DNA of 64,000 nt from Bugula neritina (lineage: Eukaryota > Animalia > Bryozoa), in NCBI GenBank assembly GCA_964035545.1, contig OZ037770.1, positions 7,632,973 through 7,696,972 on the forward strand. The letters are read 5' to 3'. Made by a program: the position numbers and the translations under genes. The notes under the pieces are model-generated. The model saw only the letters and a program-made list of their open reading frames with translations. It was not told the origin of the DNA and made no database searches. Positions 49,733-62,441 of the stretch are shown piece after piece. Each line of letters opens with the position of its first letter. Position 1 is the stretch's first letter.

Positions 49733-52700
49733 ATGCTCATTACGTTAAAACAAATGAAAGTTCTTTGTGATATTTTATTCTTGAAAAATTGTAAAGTTAT
49801 CACACTTCTAATAGTAGGTCAGTTATGCACTGCCCTTCTCAATGAGGTATGTTTATGTCATTTGCTCCATGCTCAGGCATATTGTCTGTTATATCTTGTT
49901 GCTATGACTGCGGTGTTGGGGAAATATATAGTTTGAGTTCACCATACTCATGCATGAAAGTATATTCATTCAAACTTCAAAAATTGTTTTCTTTTATTTT
50001 GAAACTAGTCACATCTATTTCATTACAAAAATTGAAATATCAAATGCCATTATTTGTTTCTTTCTACTTAATTTGGTACGGTATTCGGTTGAAAATATGG
50101 GGTATATAATGTTAGAGAATATCTGCTGTCAAAGGTGTTGAATATATCTGGAGCAAAGTGTAATGCGTATTCCGGCAAATATCAAGAATGATGAATTTTA
50201 AGGTTGCTACTTTGATATAATCACCGCTTTTAACAATAAAATTTTGAGAGTTTTAGTTCATCAATAAGCTAAAGGAAATGCTAGTGAAGTATGCTTCATG
50301 TTCACCATTTCAACTGCAAACATATAATGCTTTATTCAATGTATTTGTCAATAATAAATTGCTAAGAATTTTCTTACAAGGTTAGTTGGTACATGCAGCA
50401 TGAAAATTTAGTTTTTTTCAAATTTGACATTTTTTCTTCTCTGTCAGTGCTTTGTTTGTATTAAGCAAAACAAGAAACATTGCCTGTGCCTTTACAGATT
50501 ATACATTTTGAATATGTTAGTCATTTTGGTTTAATACTTACATATTTTTAGAAATTAGCATGCATAGATTTACTCATAAGGTTTCTTATTATATAACAAA
50601 AAGTTGTTGTTTTTTCAACTATGAATATTGATTTTCATTTCAGGTTGTTATATATGTAGTTGGAATAATACCTTCCAAGTTCTACTTGATTCTGGACGCT
50701 GTGCCTGCAGAGCGAAGTTACACACAGTTAACTACTTTAGTCATTTACTCTCTCTGTTGGATCCTAATTATATCTCTAATGAACGCATTTAAAATGTACG
50801 TCCACATATCTTCATAGGTATTATGTAACTGTTCAATGTATTTTGGCTGACAGCTTTGGTGTTAGGAAAGTTACCTTGTAACTAAAATCCAAAAAAGTAG
50901 AAAATAATTTATTATGATTTAAATTTTTTTCCAGATTTAATACTTTTTTATGATTCTGTTCACAATGAAAATACAATCCTTTATAGTCATGTTTTACAGC
51001 CACTCACTGATTATTGCCATAGCAAGTCACTCTACTACATGTTTTAAAATGTCAGTCAACCTACACATTTGAAATTTTTAAAGGGTGCCTCCAGGTTGTG
51101 AATCAGAAGCTCCCATAGAACAGGTTTTTATGTTAACCAGGCGTATGTGTTGAGTGTACCTATTACATATTAGGTATCAGAAGTGTAGAATGATCACTTC
51201 TTAGTTCTAATCATTTCTCTAACCATTAGCTAAGTCTTTTGCTGTACAGTTAGTTACGATGTGGAGTTATCTTCTACAATACAATGTTGCAGGCTTATCA
51301 CTGGAATCATTTTTGTTAACTGGAGAGATGTGCTCACCCTCTCTCTCCATAAAGACTACTATGCTAACACACTGAGTACATACAGAGCTAATCAGATAGC
51401 TGCAGCTAATCTCCACACTGATGTAGTCAATGATAACCCTGATCAGCGTATTGCTAGTGACGCCAAAGCTGTGAGTATGCAATAGGGCCCTGATACATGA
51501 AACAGAGACGACTAGCAAAAACTTGTGTCTTTACTATCATTTACCAAATCTGCTCACAACACATGTTTACTAAGGATCATCAGCTCATTCATAACTTTAG
51601 CTAAACGTCCATGCTTCATGAAAAAATAGTACTACAAATTTAATGATTAAAACTTTCATTTTCATGAAAAGATTTTATGAGCACTTTTTATGCCTCATCC
51701 TGCTCTGTAAAGCCTATAAGTATATTACTAAGATTTTCCTAGACTTGTCTGCCACGTAAGATCTCTGAGGGTACATGTATATGCCAGCCTATTAAATCTT
51801 TGCAGTTTCTCTCTCACATGTCATCTCTGTAGACACAAGTAAGATGAGAATATATTATGTTATTGAGTACTATTCTAGGTATGTGACGACATGTCCCAGC
51901 TTGTTCCAGTTCTCGTTGTTTCGCCGTTTATCATTGGCTACTACAGCTACCAGAGTAATGCTATTGCCGGGTACAGAGGTCCGCTTGCTGTAGTAGGTTT
52001 CTTTGTCCTGGCTACCATCATCAACCTTCTGCTGATGAGACCAGTGGCGAGGTGGACGTACGAGCTAGAGAGACAGGAGGGGAACTTTAGGTACCTGGGC
52101 TATAGCTACTCTGTAGGGGTGATTGATCTCATTGGTTTATATTCTATTTCTAACACAATTTTATACTATTAATCATATGTTATACAAATATAAACTTGGC
52201 TAGAAGTCAAGCATCAAGTTGTGAATTATAAGAAATATGAAAAGGGTAATAATATACATATAGTAAATTGTTTAGAGCCGTGTGCCTAGTGTGGTCCTTA
52301 TTTCATCTGAGTATAAAAGTCTTGAAAAAAAACTATATAAACCATTTAACAGCCTTAAATCCATTTATCAGTAGAAAGTGAATCAACATCCTAAGATAGG
52401 GTCTGTACAGAATGTACATTAATGCTTACCATCTCTGTCAATATCAGCAACAGCTCCTTCAGTCTACACTTACTCTGTTCTACACTTACTCTATTCTACA
52501 CTTGCTCTATTCTATACTTACTCTATTCTACACTTACTCTATTCTATACTTACTCTATTCTACACTTACTCTGTTCTACACTTACTCTATTCTATACTTA
52601 CTCTATTCTATACTTACTCTATTCTATACTTACTCTATCCTATACTTACTCTATCCTATACTTACTCTATTCTACACTTACTCTATCCTACACCTACTCT

Positions 52701-55700
52701 GTTTTACACTTACTTTGTTCTACACTTACTTTAGGCTGCGCTTACTCTATCCTATACTCACTCTATTCTACACCTACTCCTGTTTATACTTATTGCACTG
52801 TTGTACTTTTGCCAGATACTGTCACATGCTGACCAGAGTGCATTGTGAGTCATCCGCTTTCTACAATGTGAACAAGCTGGAGGAGGAGAACATGGCTAAA
52901 GGACTAAAACAACTGTTGTCAGTGCAGGAACAGCTGGTCTACTCAAAGTAGGTAAATATGCTCTGCAAACGCTCTTAGTGCGGTCATTTAGCATATGGCC
53001 ACACTGCACTTATTTTCGCACTCACTGCTAACAGAAATTTGCACAGGCCAAAAAAGATGTCCCACTGAGTGCGAATTTAATGCATTGAAAATTATGAGTA
53101 ACAACAAGTGCGAATAACTTGCAGCCGTGACCCAATTGACTGACAGCTATTTAGCGAGTCCATTTTCATATTTAGTGCTACATTTCATTCAATTGCGTTT
53201 TGTTGATAGTGAGTGAGATTTAAAAATGAACATTTAATTTATTCTGCACATGTAGCCATAGAAACAGAGCGGGCAGTAGATTTGAACGAAAATATCATTA
53301 GCTAATAAATGTTCGCTTTCGCTGACGAAAGACTGTGTGTGATAGATCACGCCTGCTGCATATTTCCTCGCATGTAAATTTGCTCGGAAAAATACATCTA
53401 ATATGGCCCTACGTTTAGAGAGTGTGTTACTGAGTGGTCGTTTTCATAGTTGAACGAGCATTCAGGTGTTACATCCGGACACCTCTTTGCTAATATATAT
53501 GATGAGTTTCTTGCTCTGGTTTCGCAGAATATTTGTATTAATTGAATAGTCATACGTGGTAAATCATCATGGTGCAATACATAGAGTGTATTTATTGGAT
53601 GTGGTGGATTCAGTTGGTTGCGTTGTACACATGTATTCTGGTTGTTTCAGGTTACCACAGAATTTCTTCATCTCCCTCTGTGATTATGTGGTTAGTATCA
53701 TCAGCTTTATGTTGATAGCTCTGCCCATATTTTCTGGATCTTACGACCATTTGACTGGTGCCGGGGTGACCAGTCTTGTTAGTCAGTGAGTGCTTATTTC
53801 CCATGTTTTTTCTAATTATTTAGCCAAAAACCATCACGGTCTGAAAATCCAAATTAACCAAATAATTAAGAAAAACCATAGGAAATCAAGCGAAATTAAA
53901 TAGAACCTTGATTATTTAGTTGTATTTATTGATTTTTTCTTGGTTTTGGGCAAAAACCTATATACAATAGCAGCTAAATTGTAAAAAATAACTAAAAACT
54001 GAAGATTTTAAGTGTGTACTAAATTAAGTAAAATGGCCCATACTATACACACAGTGTTGTAACAACATGCATGGTATTGCAGAAAGTTCTAAGTAGGTCT
54101 TATTGCTTGTAGATTCTCTTTCCAGACTATATACCTCTTCAACTGTTTCACTACTTTAATAGACTTGGCTAAGCAAGCTGCGGTGTTACTAGGTAACACT
54201 GCCAGAGTAACAGGTCTCGTCCAGGTTCTTCGAGACATTAGCAAAGGACTGGATGATCAGAAAGCTGGTTGGTTGTGTTATTGTAGTGTAACTATTATAT
54301 TTCTGATTGTAATAGAATAGTCATAGTTGATATTTATTATGTATAGATGAGTCTGATTTATAAACAGCTTCATTAAACTATTGTAGTTCTCTATGACTTA
54401 ACAATTCACCATAATCTTGGAGTTATTAAACGTTGGCCATAAATAGTCTTGTTTCCTGTATAAATAGTTAGTTTACTAGGCGAGATAATGCACACTCATA
54501 TTACAACGTGCACTAGCTTTACAGTTCTGCTTGGTTTTTACTGTTATGTGATATTTTACAAAAAAATTCTATATAAACCATCAGATAAACAGGCATAACG
54601 TATTTAAGTTATTGCTGTTATATAAATAGACAATAGACAAAGCTATTCATTATTCATGTAACTATTCATTCAACATATGTACTAATTTCTACTGAGTGCA
54701 GTGCAGATTGATTGAGCAGCTGCATTGCATTATGGGAGAGTGTTGAAATGGTTAAAGCAGTTTAGTTAAGCAAAGGGTTAAAAATAATACTCCATGTATA
54801 TAATACTTCCAGTATACAATTTTTCCTGTATGTAATTCTTTCTGTATATAACACTTGTTAGTATAACATAAATGTCTTAAAAATTTGCTTATTTGCTTTA
54901 TAAAAAATTACAATGTAGGAGACAAGAATTGGTGCTGCATCTCTGTATTTCTATATAAGGTTTTCTTAACTTTAGCAGACCTTTAGATATATAATCAATA
55001 GTATTTTCAACTTTTTACTTGTTCTTATCCAGTGCTCTAACCTAATATTATTACATCAATACGCAGTTGTCTTCTCTTGTCTCAAGCATGTAATACATTC
55101 AAAGATGGACATTCAAAGTGAACATATTTTATTCTGTTGTAGGCAGTCTTCAATCTTCAGAGGATTGTTATGTTGATGAGGTGTCAGTAGATAGAAGGCA
55201 TCTCGTTTTGTCATCAAATGAACTTCAACCCCAGTCTGCATACGTAGTAAGACAAATAGTGTACTCATATAATAGCTATAGTACTCATATAATAGTTATA
55301 GTACTCATATAATAGTTATAGTACTTATATAATGGTTATAGTACTAATACAGTAGTTATTTAGTACTGATAAGTAGTTTGCTATGCAGAGTTGAGAGGTT
55401 TTACAATGAGCTAATAGTCTATCCTAAGAGCACAATGTTATTGGACGGGCTACATTTTCCATTTCCGTTCCACAGTTTGTTGTGGTGCATATTATCCTCA
55501 AAGTCATCTTCTAGATACATAAAGCTGTATTCGTATGTAGTGAGCATTTCCCCCTCCCTGTTTTCTGGCTCATGAAAATATACACAGCTCTGAATAATTA
55601 TCCTCAAATTAATCTAAATGGAGGTTGTCTATTTTCCATGCACAGTTTTCATGTTAGTATTTGGTGAGCACACTTTCTGTAATTAGCTATTGATTTCTTC

Positions 55701-58700
55701 TACTGGTACAATGCCCAAGTTTTCTAGTTCAGCCACAGGAATGTTATGTTATTGTCAGCCATGTTGTGTCAGCCATTTTGTGTCAGCCATGTTGTGTCAG
55801 TCATTTTGTGTCAGCCTTCTTGTGTCAGTCATGTTGAGTTATGTAGGCAAATATTTTTTACATTTGCAGGTTTTACCATATGTTCTCAATGAATTATATG
55901 TGCCTCTAGTTACCATGGATAAGGTTGATATTTCAACACCTGATGGTCACACACTCATTCATGGCTTCAACTTTGAGTTTAGAGAGGTGAGGGGCTGACA
56001 ACTTCTACCCATTATTTTATAATTACTAACAAAGCTCTATCATTTACTCTATAGTATAATTTAATGTAATATTTTATAATATAAGATAAGTTAATATGAT
56101 AATGTTATTATATAATAAAAACAAATACTTTGTGATGTTTTATATGATATTTGTTCTCTCAGAGATTAGCTGGTGTTTACTAACATAGCGCACAGACCTT
56201 GAGTCTGTAATGCTTATTATCTGCTAAGACTAAATATGACTTGCAGGGTGTAAACGTGCTAATAACTGGTGCTAGTGGCTGTGGCAAGTCTTCTATACTC
56301 CGATACGTTAGTGGGCTCTGGCCAGTAACCTCTGGACGTGTTTTGGTGAAGGGAGATATCGGCATCGGTAGCCCCATAACTATCCTACCTCAAAGACCAT
56401 TCTTTCTTCCTGCCCAGTCCTGTATCTACCACCAGGTATTCTATACTTACTACATGCAGAGTAAATACTCAGCTAGTATACTTACAACATACAGAGTAAA
56501 TACTCAGTTAGTATACTTACTACTTACAGAGTAAATACTCAGCTAGTATACTTACTACATACAGAGTAAATACTCAGCTAGTATACTTACTACTTACAGA
56601 GTAAATACTCAGTTAGTATACTTACTACTTACAGAGTAAATACTCAGTTAGTATACTTACTACTTACAGAGTAAATACTCAGCTAGTATACTCACTACAT
56701 ACAGAGTAAATACTCAGCTAGTATACTTACTACATACAGAGTAAATACTCAGCTAGTATACTTACTACTTACAGAGTAAATACTCAGTTAGTATACTTAC
56801 TACTTACAGAGTAAATACTCAGCTAGTATACTTACTACATACAGAGTAAATACTCAGCTAGTATACTTACTACATACAGAGTAAATACTCACCTAGTATA
56901 CTTACTACATACAGAGTAAATACTCAGCTGGTATACTTACTACATACAGAGTAAATACTCAGCTGGTATACTTACTACATACAGAGTAAATACTCAGCTA
57001 GTATACTTACTACATGCAGAGTAAATACTCAGCTAGTATACTTACTACATACAGAGTAAATACTCAGCTAGTATACGTACAACATACAGAGTAAATACTC
57101 ACCTAGTATACTTACTACATACAGAGTAAATACTCAGCTAGTATACACACTACATACAGAGTAAATACTCACCTAGTATACTTACTACATACAGAGTAAA
57201 TACTCAGCTGGTATACTTACTACATACAGAGTAAATACTCAGCTAGTATACTTACTACATGCAGAGTAAATACTCAGCTAGTATACTTACTACATACAGA
57301 GTAAATACTCAGCTAGTATACTTACAACATACAGAGTAAATACTCAGCTAGTATACATACAACATACAGAGTAAATACTCAGCTGGTATACTTACTACAT
57401 ACAGAGTAAATACTCACCTAGTATACTTACTACATACAGAGTAAATACTCAGCTAGTATACTTACTACATACAGAGTAAATACTCAGCTAGTATACGTAC
57501 AACATACAGAGTAAATACTCAGCTAGTATACTTACTACATACAGAGTAAATACTCAGCTAGTATACTTACTACATACAGAGTAAATACTCACCTAGTATA
57601 CTTACTACATACAGAGTAAATACTCAGCTAGTATACTTACTACTTACAGAGTAAATACTCAGTTAGTATACTTACTACTTACAGAGTAAATACTCAGCTA
57701 GTATACTTACTACATACAGAGTAAATACTCAGCTAGTATACTTACTACATACAGAGTAAATACTCACCTAGTATACTTACTACATACAGAGTAAATACTC
57801 AGCTGGTATACTTACTACATACAGAGTAAATACTCAGCTGGTATACTTACTACATACAGAGTAAATACTCAGCTAGTATACTTACTACATGCAGAGTAAA
57901 TACTCAGCTAGTATACTTACTACATACAGAGTAAATACTCAGCTAGTATACGTACAACATACAGAGTAAATACTCACCTAGTATACTTACTACATACAGA
58001 GTAAATACTCAGCTAGTATACACACTACATACAGAGTAAATACTCACCTAGTATACTTACTACATACAGAGTAAATACTCAGCTGGTATACTTACTACAT
58101 ACAGAGTAAATACTCAGCTAGTATACTTACTACATGCAGAGTAAATACTCAGCTAGTATACTTACTACATACAGAGTAAATACTCAGCTAGTATACTTAC
58201 AACATACAGAGTAAATACTCAGCTAGTATACATACAACATACAGAGTAAATACTCAGCTGGTATACTTACTACATACAGAGTAAATACTCACCTAGTATA
58301 CTTACTACATACAGAGTAAATACTCAGCTAGTATACTTACTACATACAGAGTAAATACTCAGCTAGTATACGTACAACATACAGAGTAAATACTCAGCTA
58401 GTATACTTACTACATACAGAGTAAATACTCAGCTAGTATACTTACTACATACAGAGTAAATACTCAGCTAGTATACTTACTACATACAGAGTAAATACTC
58501 ACCTAGTATACTTACTACATACAGAGTAAATACTCAGCTAGTATACTTACTACATACAGAGTAAATACTAGATCATGTCTTGTAGTTGATAGTCTATAGA
58601 CCTCTATGCTCCTCTACCACTCTCTACATACTGCATATCTTGCACCTGTTTACAAAACTTGATATCTGTGAACAGAATTTTGGTATAGAACTGACAACAC

Positions 58701-60144
58701 ATCGGTCACTCTCACTGCACCACTCGCACCCATCTAATCATGTATTGCTCAGAACTAAGCTATCAACGCTTCTTCTCTGTGTACATTCACAACGCATGTT
58801 TCTTTAGGCTTCATCTCCGAATCTTTCTTTGATATTTTTTTCTTTTTTTCACCAGTTTTTATTGGAAAAAACGATTATAGCAAAGTGCAGCAGAAAGTTT
58901 CAAATCGCCCATTCACATTCACTAATATCTTCAGTATAGATAACTTATATTAATAATTTTGAAATGGTATCACAAGAAAAATAAAATTATATTCAGTTAT
59001 TTATTATACTTCCAGGTTTTCGTATTATTCCAACTAATGAAAGATGCTTTAAATTTACTCATTCGCAGGTCTTTCTGGGTCATATTAAGCCAGATCAGAC
59101 ATTGAAGGAAGCCACCTCAGAAGTGAAGTCTCTGCTGACAGAATTTGGTCTGGCAGCAGTACTAGAAAGAGTGGAAGGACTGTCAGAAGATGCTTCTGCT
59201 TTATGGTAAGTTGGTAATAGTGTTAGTGGTTGTCATAGCAACAGTTACTGACATCTGTATGTCTATAAGCTTCAGAATTACTTCTAGAAACTTTGATCTT
59301 CTACTGCCACCTGTCTATTGCTCTTTACTATTGAGTTGTGGAATATAAAGTTTCTCTTTCTAAGACTTGTCTTCTCATAATCCTAATTGAGCTCACATTA
59401 TATGCGTGACAACTGCTTTGTCTACACTCCATGAGTAGATTGAATTATCAAACTAGTGAGCTTTTTATTTCTCCTTATTACTCTTTATTATAGCAGTGTG
59501 GTGTAATTTAGCTGATTGTTCAAACATGTATATTTAAATGAGATCTATAAATATGTTTGTATTCTGTGTTATCAAGGATGGCAGCTGCCCACGCCTATTA
59601 TAATGTAGGCCATGTTGGTTTTCATGTAAGTCAGCACAGTTTGTTGTTGTTTATTATGTTCTGGCAGCATGCATCTAGAGTCTTCTGTTAGACCCTGGCA
59701 GTTTCATTGTATTTTATATAAACTAGCCTAGTTGTTATCTGCTTGTTGATAACTAATCATTCTTTACCTGATTGAGATGAGCTAATGATTACACTTTGCT
59801 TACGCACATATATACTTAAGATAAGATGTAATACATGACCTGGTAGTACAGAAATAGAACCTTGCATCATGTACATTAGAGCTTCTCATCTCAGGTACGA
59901 CACCCTGACACCAGGAGAGAGTCAGAGACTGGCAATGGTCAGAGTTCTGTATCACCAACCTCGCCTACTCTTCCTAGACGAAGCCACCTCCCAAGTCCAA
60001 ACTGAGATTGAGAAAAAGTTCTATGCAATGCTGCAAGCTAGCAACATAAGTTACATCAGTATTGGACATAGCAATACACTGAAGGAGTACCATCATAAAC
60101 ATATATCTATTCTAAACCATTCCTTTTCCATATCATCTATTTAA
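49733..60144 (+). CDS. ABCD4: ABC transporter D-family member 4-like (lysosomal cobalamin exporter type), multi-exon
   Basis: Approximate exons: 49733-49846, 50644-50795 (VIYVVGIIPSKFY), 51293-51470 (VNWRDVLT..LHKDYY; DNPDQRI), 51879-52090 (SPFIIGYYSYQ; ERQEGNFR), 52816-52947 (ESSAFY), 53651-53785, 54113-54267, 55143-~55246, 55870-55986, 56248-56435 (Walker A GASGCGKSS; GLWP; LPQRPFF), 59069-59205, 59895-60144 (WYDTLTPGESQRL, FLDEATS, YISIGH). The short N-terminus and the PGE signature fit ABCD4 better than ABCD1-3. Confidence 0.88.
52464..52790. repeat. 16-bp minisatellite (CTAYACTTACTCTATT)n ending near an acceptor
   Basis: About 20 copies; the acceptor AG is at 52815. Confidence 0.92.
52996..53409. 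mobile_element. MITE-like element with GGCC-starting TIRs, TA-flanked (PIF/Harbinger-like, tentative)
   Basis: The left end TGGCCACACTGCACTTATTTTC resembles the right end's reverse complement GGGCCATATTAGATGTATTTTTC. TA lies on both flanks. Confidence 0.55.
53796..54042. mobile_element. Truncated copy of the foldback MITE at 21001-21427
   Basis: The right arm ...GTGTGTACTAAATTAAGTAAAATGGCCCATA is intact; the left arm is mostly missing. Confidence 0.8.
55261..55345. repeat. 20-bp repeat (GTACTCATATAATAGTTATA)n just after a donor
   Basis: About 4 copies following the ABCD4 exon that ends near 55246. Confidence 0.85.
55753..55836. repeat. 14-bp repeat (TGTCAGCCATGTTG)n just before an acceptor
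   Basis: About 6 degenerate copies; the acceptor AG is at 55869. Confidence 0.8.
56442..58570. repeat. 35-bp minisatellite (TATACTTACTACATACAGAGTAAATACTCAGCTAG)n, ~61 copies, starting at +7 of an ABCD4 intron
   Basis: The donor GT is at 56436. The variant pattern recurs at an 875-bp offset. Confidence 0.97.
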
Positions 60145-60530
60145 TAGAACATATTGGTAATGAATAACTGGGATTTTAGTCTAAGACTATGCATTTTAAC
60201 ATAGCAGTTTTGCAAATAGTTTTATCTAGAATTTGAAAAACATTGATTACAATGTATAGATTATTGCATTTTAGGAAAAATTTAATTTAATAGTTTATAA
60301 ACCTGTTGCTAGCTTAGAAACCTCTGCTTTCATTGGTTAATTTTTTAGACCTTGAAAATCATTAGCTAAATTTTAGAATTAAATTTTAAATATTTTTTGT
60401 GGCTGCATAATATCTTAATACATTTGTTGAAGTTGAAAAGTTTGTGACTTGTGCTTATCTTATAAATAGGTTCAGCTCTTCAGTTACATGTGCTGGAACA
60501 CAGGCTTTTCTAATTTATTTATACTGCACT

Positions 60531-60750
60531 TGTATGTACCTCCAACTGTATGTACCTCCCACTGTATGTACCTCCCACTGTATGTACCTCCCACTGCATG
60601 TACCTCCCACTGTATGTACCCCCCCCCCACTGTATGTACCTCCCACTGTATGTACCTCCCACTGTATGTACCTCCCACTGTATGTACCTCCCACTGTATG
60701 TACCTCCCACTGTATGTACCTCCCACTGTATGTACCTCTCACTGTATGTA
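60531..60750. repeat. 16-bp minisatellite (ACTGTATGTACCTCCC)n
   Basis: About 13 copies, lying between ABCD4 and the RING gene. Confidence 0.92.
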
Positions 60751-61371
60751 ACAATCTATGACCCGTTAGAATAGGTGAAAAGTTTGAATGAAAAAAATTA
60801 GCAGGGTACTAGCTTAGTATGTGGGACGAAAAACATTAATTCATTAATAATAGACATTATTCTTAATGAATACTTGTTAATGAAATATTTTTGTAAACAA
60901 TAAGAAGTATAGAAAAGGCAAAATTAATAACTATAAGTTAATGCAGATCAATTGAATTTGTTTATGTGCCAGATAACAAACAATTGACCCAAATTTATTT
61001 AAATATATTTATATTTCAATAATATTCAAATAAATTTCACATAAAATACATAATATATTAAACCAAAATAAATAAATGAATAGCATATAGCTGGGAATTG
61101 TCTATCTGAAACGATACATGTAGAAAAATTTCCCTGAAAATTTTTTGTACAAATTTTGTCAGCATACAACAGATCATGTTGCATAGTAGCACCACAAATA
61201 CACTATCTGTATAGCCCTAGTATAAATACTTTGTAAGCTCAACTAACAATAGTTGTCTATTGTGTAAGCAAAGTCCAAAGCAGTTTCATTTTGGGAAATT
61301 CATTACATATCAGTTGACAAAAGAACCTTACTGATGATAGTTTTACTTGAGTTGAAGCACCTCATTGATTA

Positions 61372-62387
61372 ATGGCTGCCCAACAAGTGTTACATTTTAC
61401 TGAGCAGACAGATTATGGATTATATGATTTCTCAATCTACCGACTCTGTATCGAGTGCTTTGAGGAAGGGGAGCTCTGTCAGCTTCCGAGTTGTCTTCAC
61501 AGCATGTGTTCCAGCTGCATAGGTAAGCCCTGTCTGTTAGCTCATCACTTTCACTAGTTGCAGTACCATCAACTTCAGTCATGCTAAATATAATATTACA
61601 ACATTATCTAATGTTAGCACTTGGTCAAAATATTGATTATATAATAATCTCACTCTCTGGAGGCCCAAAAGTCAACACTACTTCTTGCTGAAAATGTACA
61701 GAAAATTTTGTAAAAGTCACCCACTTTGTTTCATCTGTAAATTTTTTGCTATGGTTTCAAAGAACCTAGACCAAACTGAACCAGACTGTCAGTAGCTGAA
61801 ATAGATAAGCCACATCTGTGTTATATAATCCGTGTACCAGAAGTTAGGAGCAATTCATAGCCCAACATTCAGCATGTCACTTAATTACTCAAGTTTCTTT
61901 GTTAGCAAAACTTCTTCTGGATGATGAATCGTTCTGCTGTCCAGAGTGCAGGAGGTCACGTGAGGAGGATGACCTCGTGACCTCTAGATCCACAGAAACT
62001 TTGACTACTCGCACAGCTCCCAGTTATCAGCAAGGTAAACTCTATCCACTTGTAGGCTGTAGCTAAGCTGAGTATACACTAAGCTATGTAGTTATGGGAG
62101 GAGCTATATTATATTTCATGACCTTTGCCTACTGTGGTGTAATCCAATTTCAAACTACGATACAAAGTTACAATGAGATGACTAAAAACTTTTATTTATT
62201 GGCTGAAAGAAAACAGCCAGCAAGGCTTTATAGTTATAATCTTTAATGTAAAACTTGAAATCAAAACGTATCATTTAATTAGAGTCGCTTCATAAGACTT
62301 TAAAAAGGAGAAAAGGACATTTAAGTCTTGTGGGAAGATAAAAGTGATAAATAAACTCTATTTCAACAATTTATAATTAAAATACAA

Positions 62388-62441
<54 letters not shown>

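Noticed and set aside
56442-58570. The 35-bp array (and the 22- and 50-bp arrays) as a CRISPR array
   Set aside because: Units are head-to-tail with no unique spacers, there are no cas genes, and the context is a spliceosomal intron.
58586-58807. ORF/acceptor right after the 35-bp array as an ABCD4 exon
   Set aside because: The translation shows no ABCD similarity. The exon at 59069-59205 supplies the expected segment and joins both neighbours in phase.
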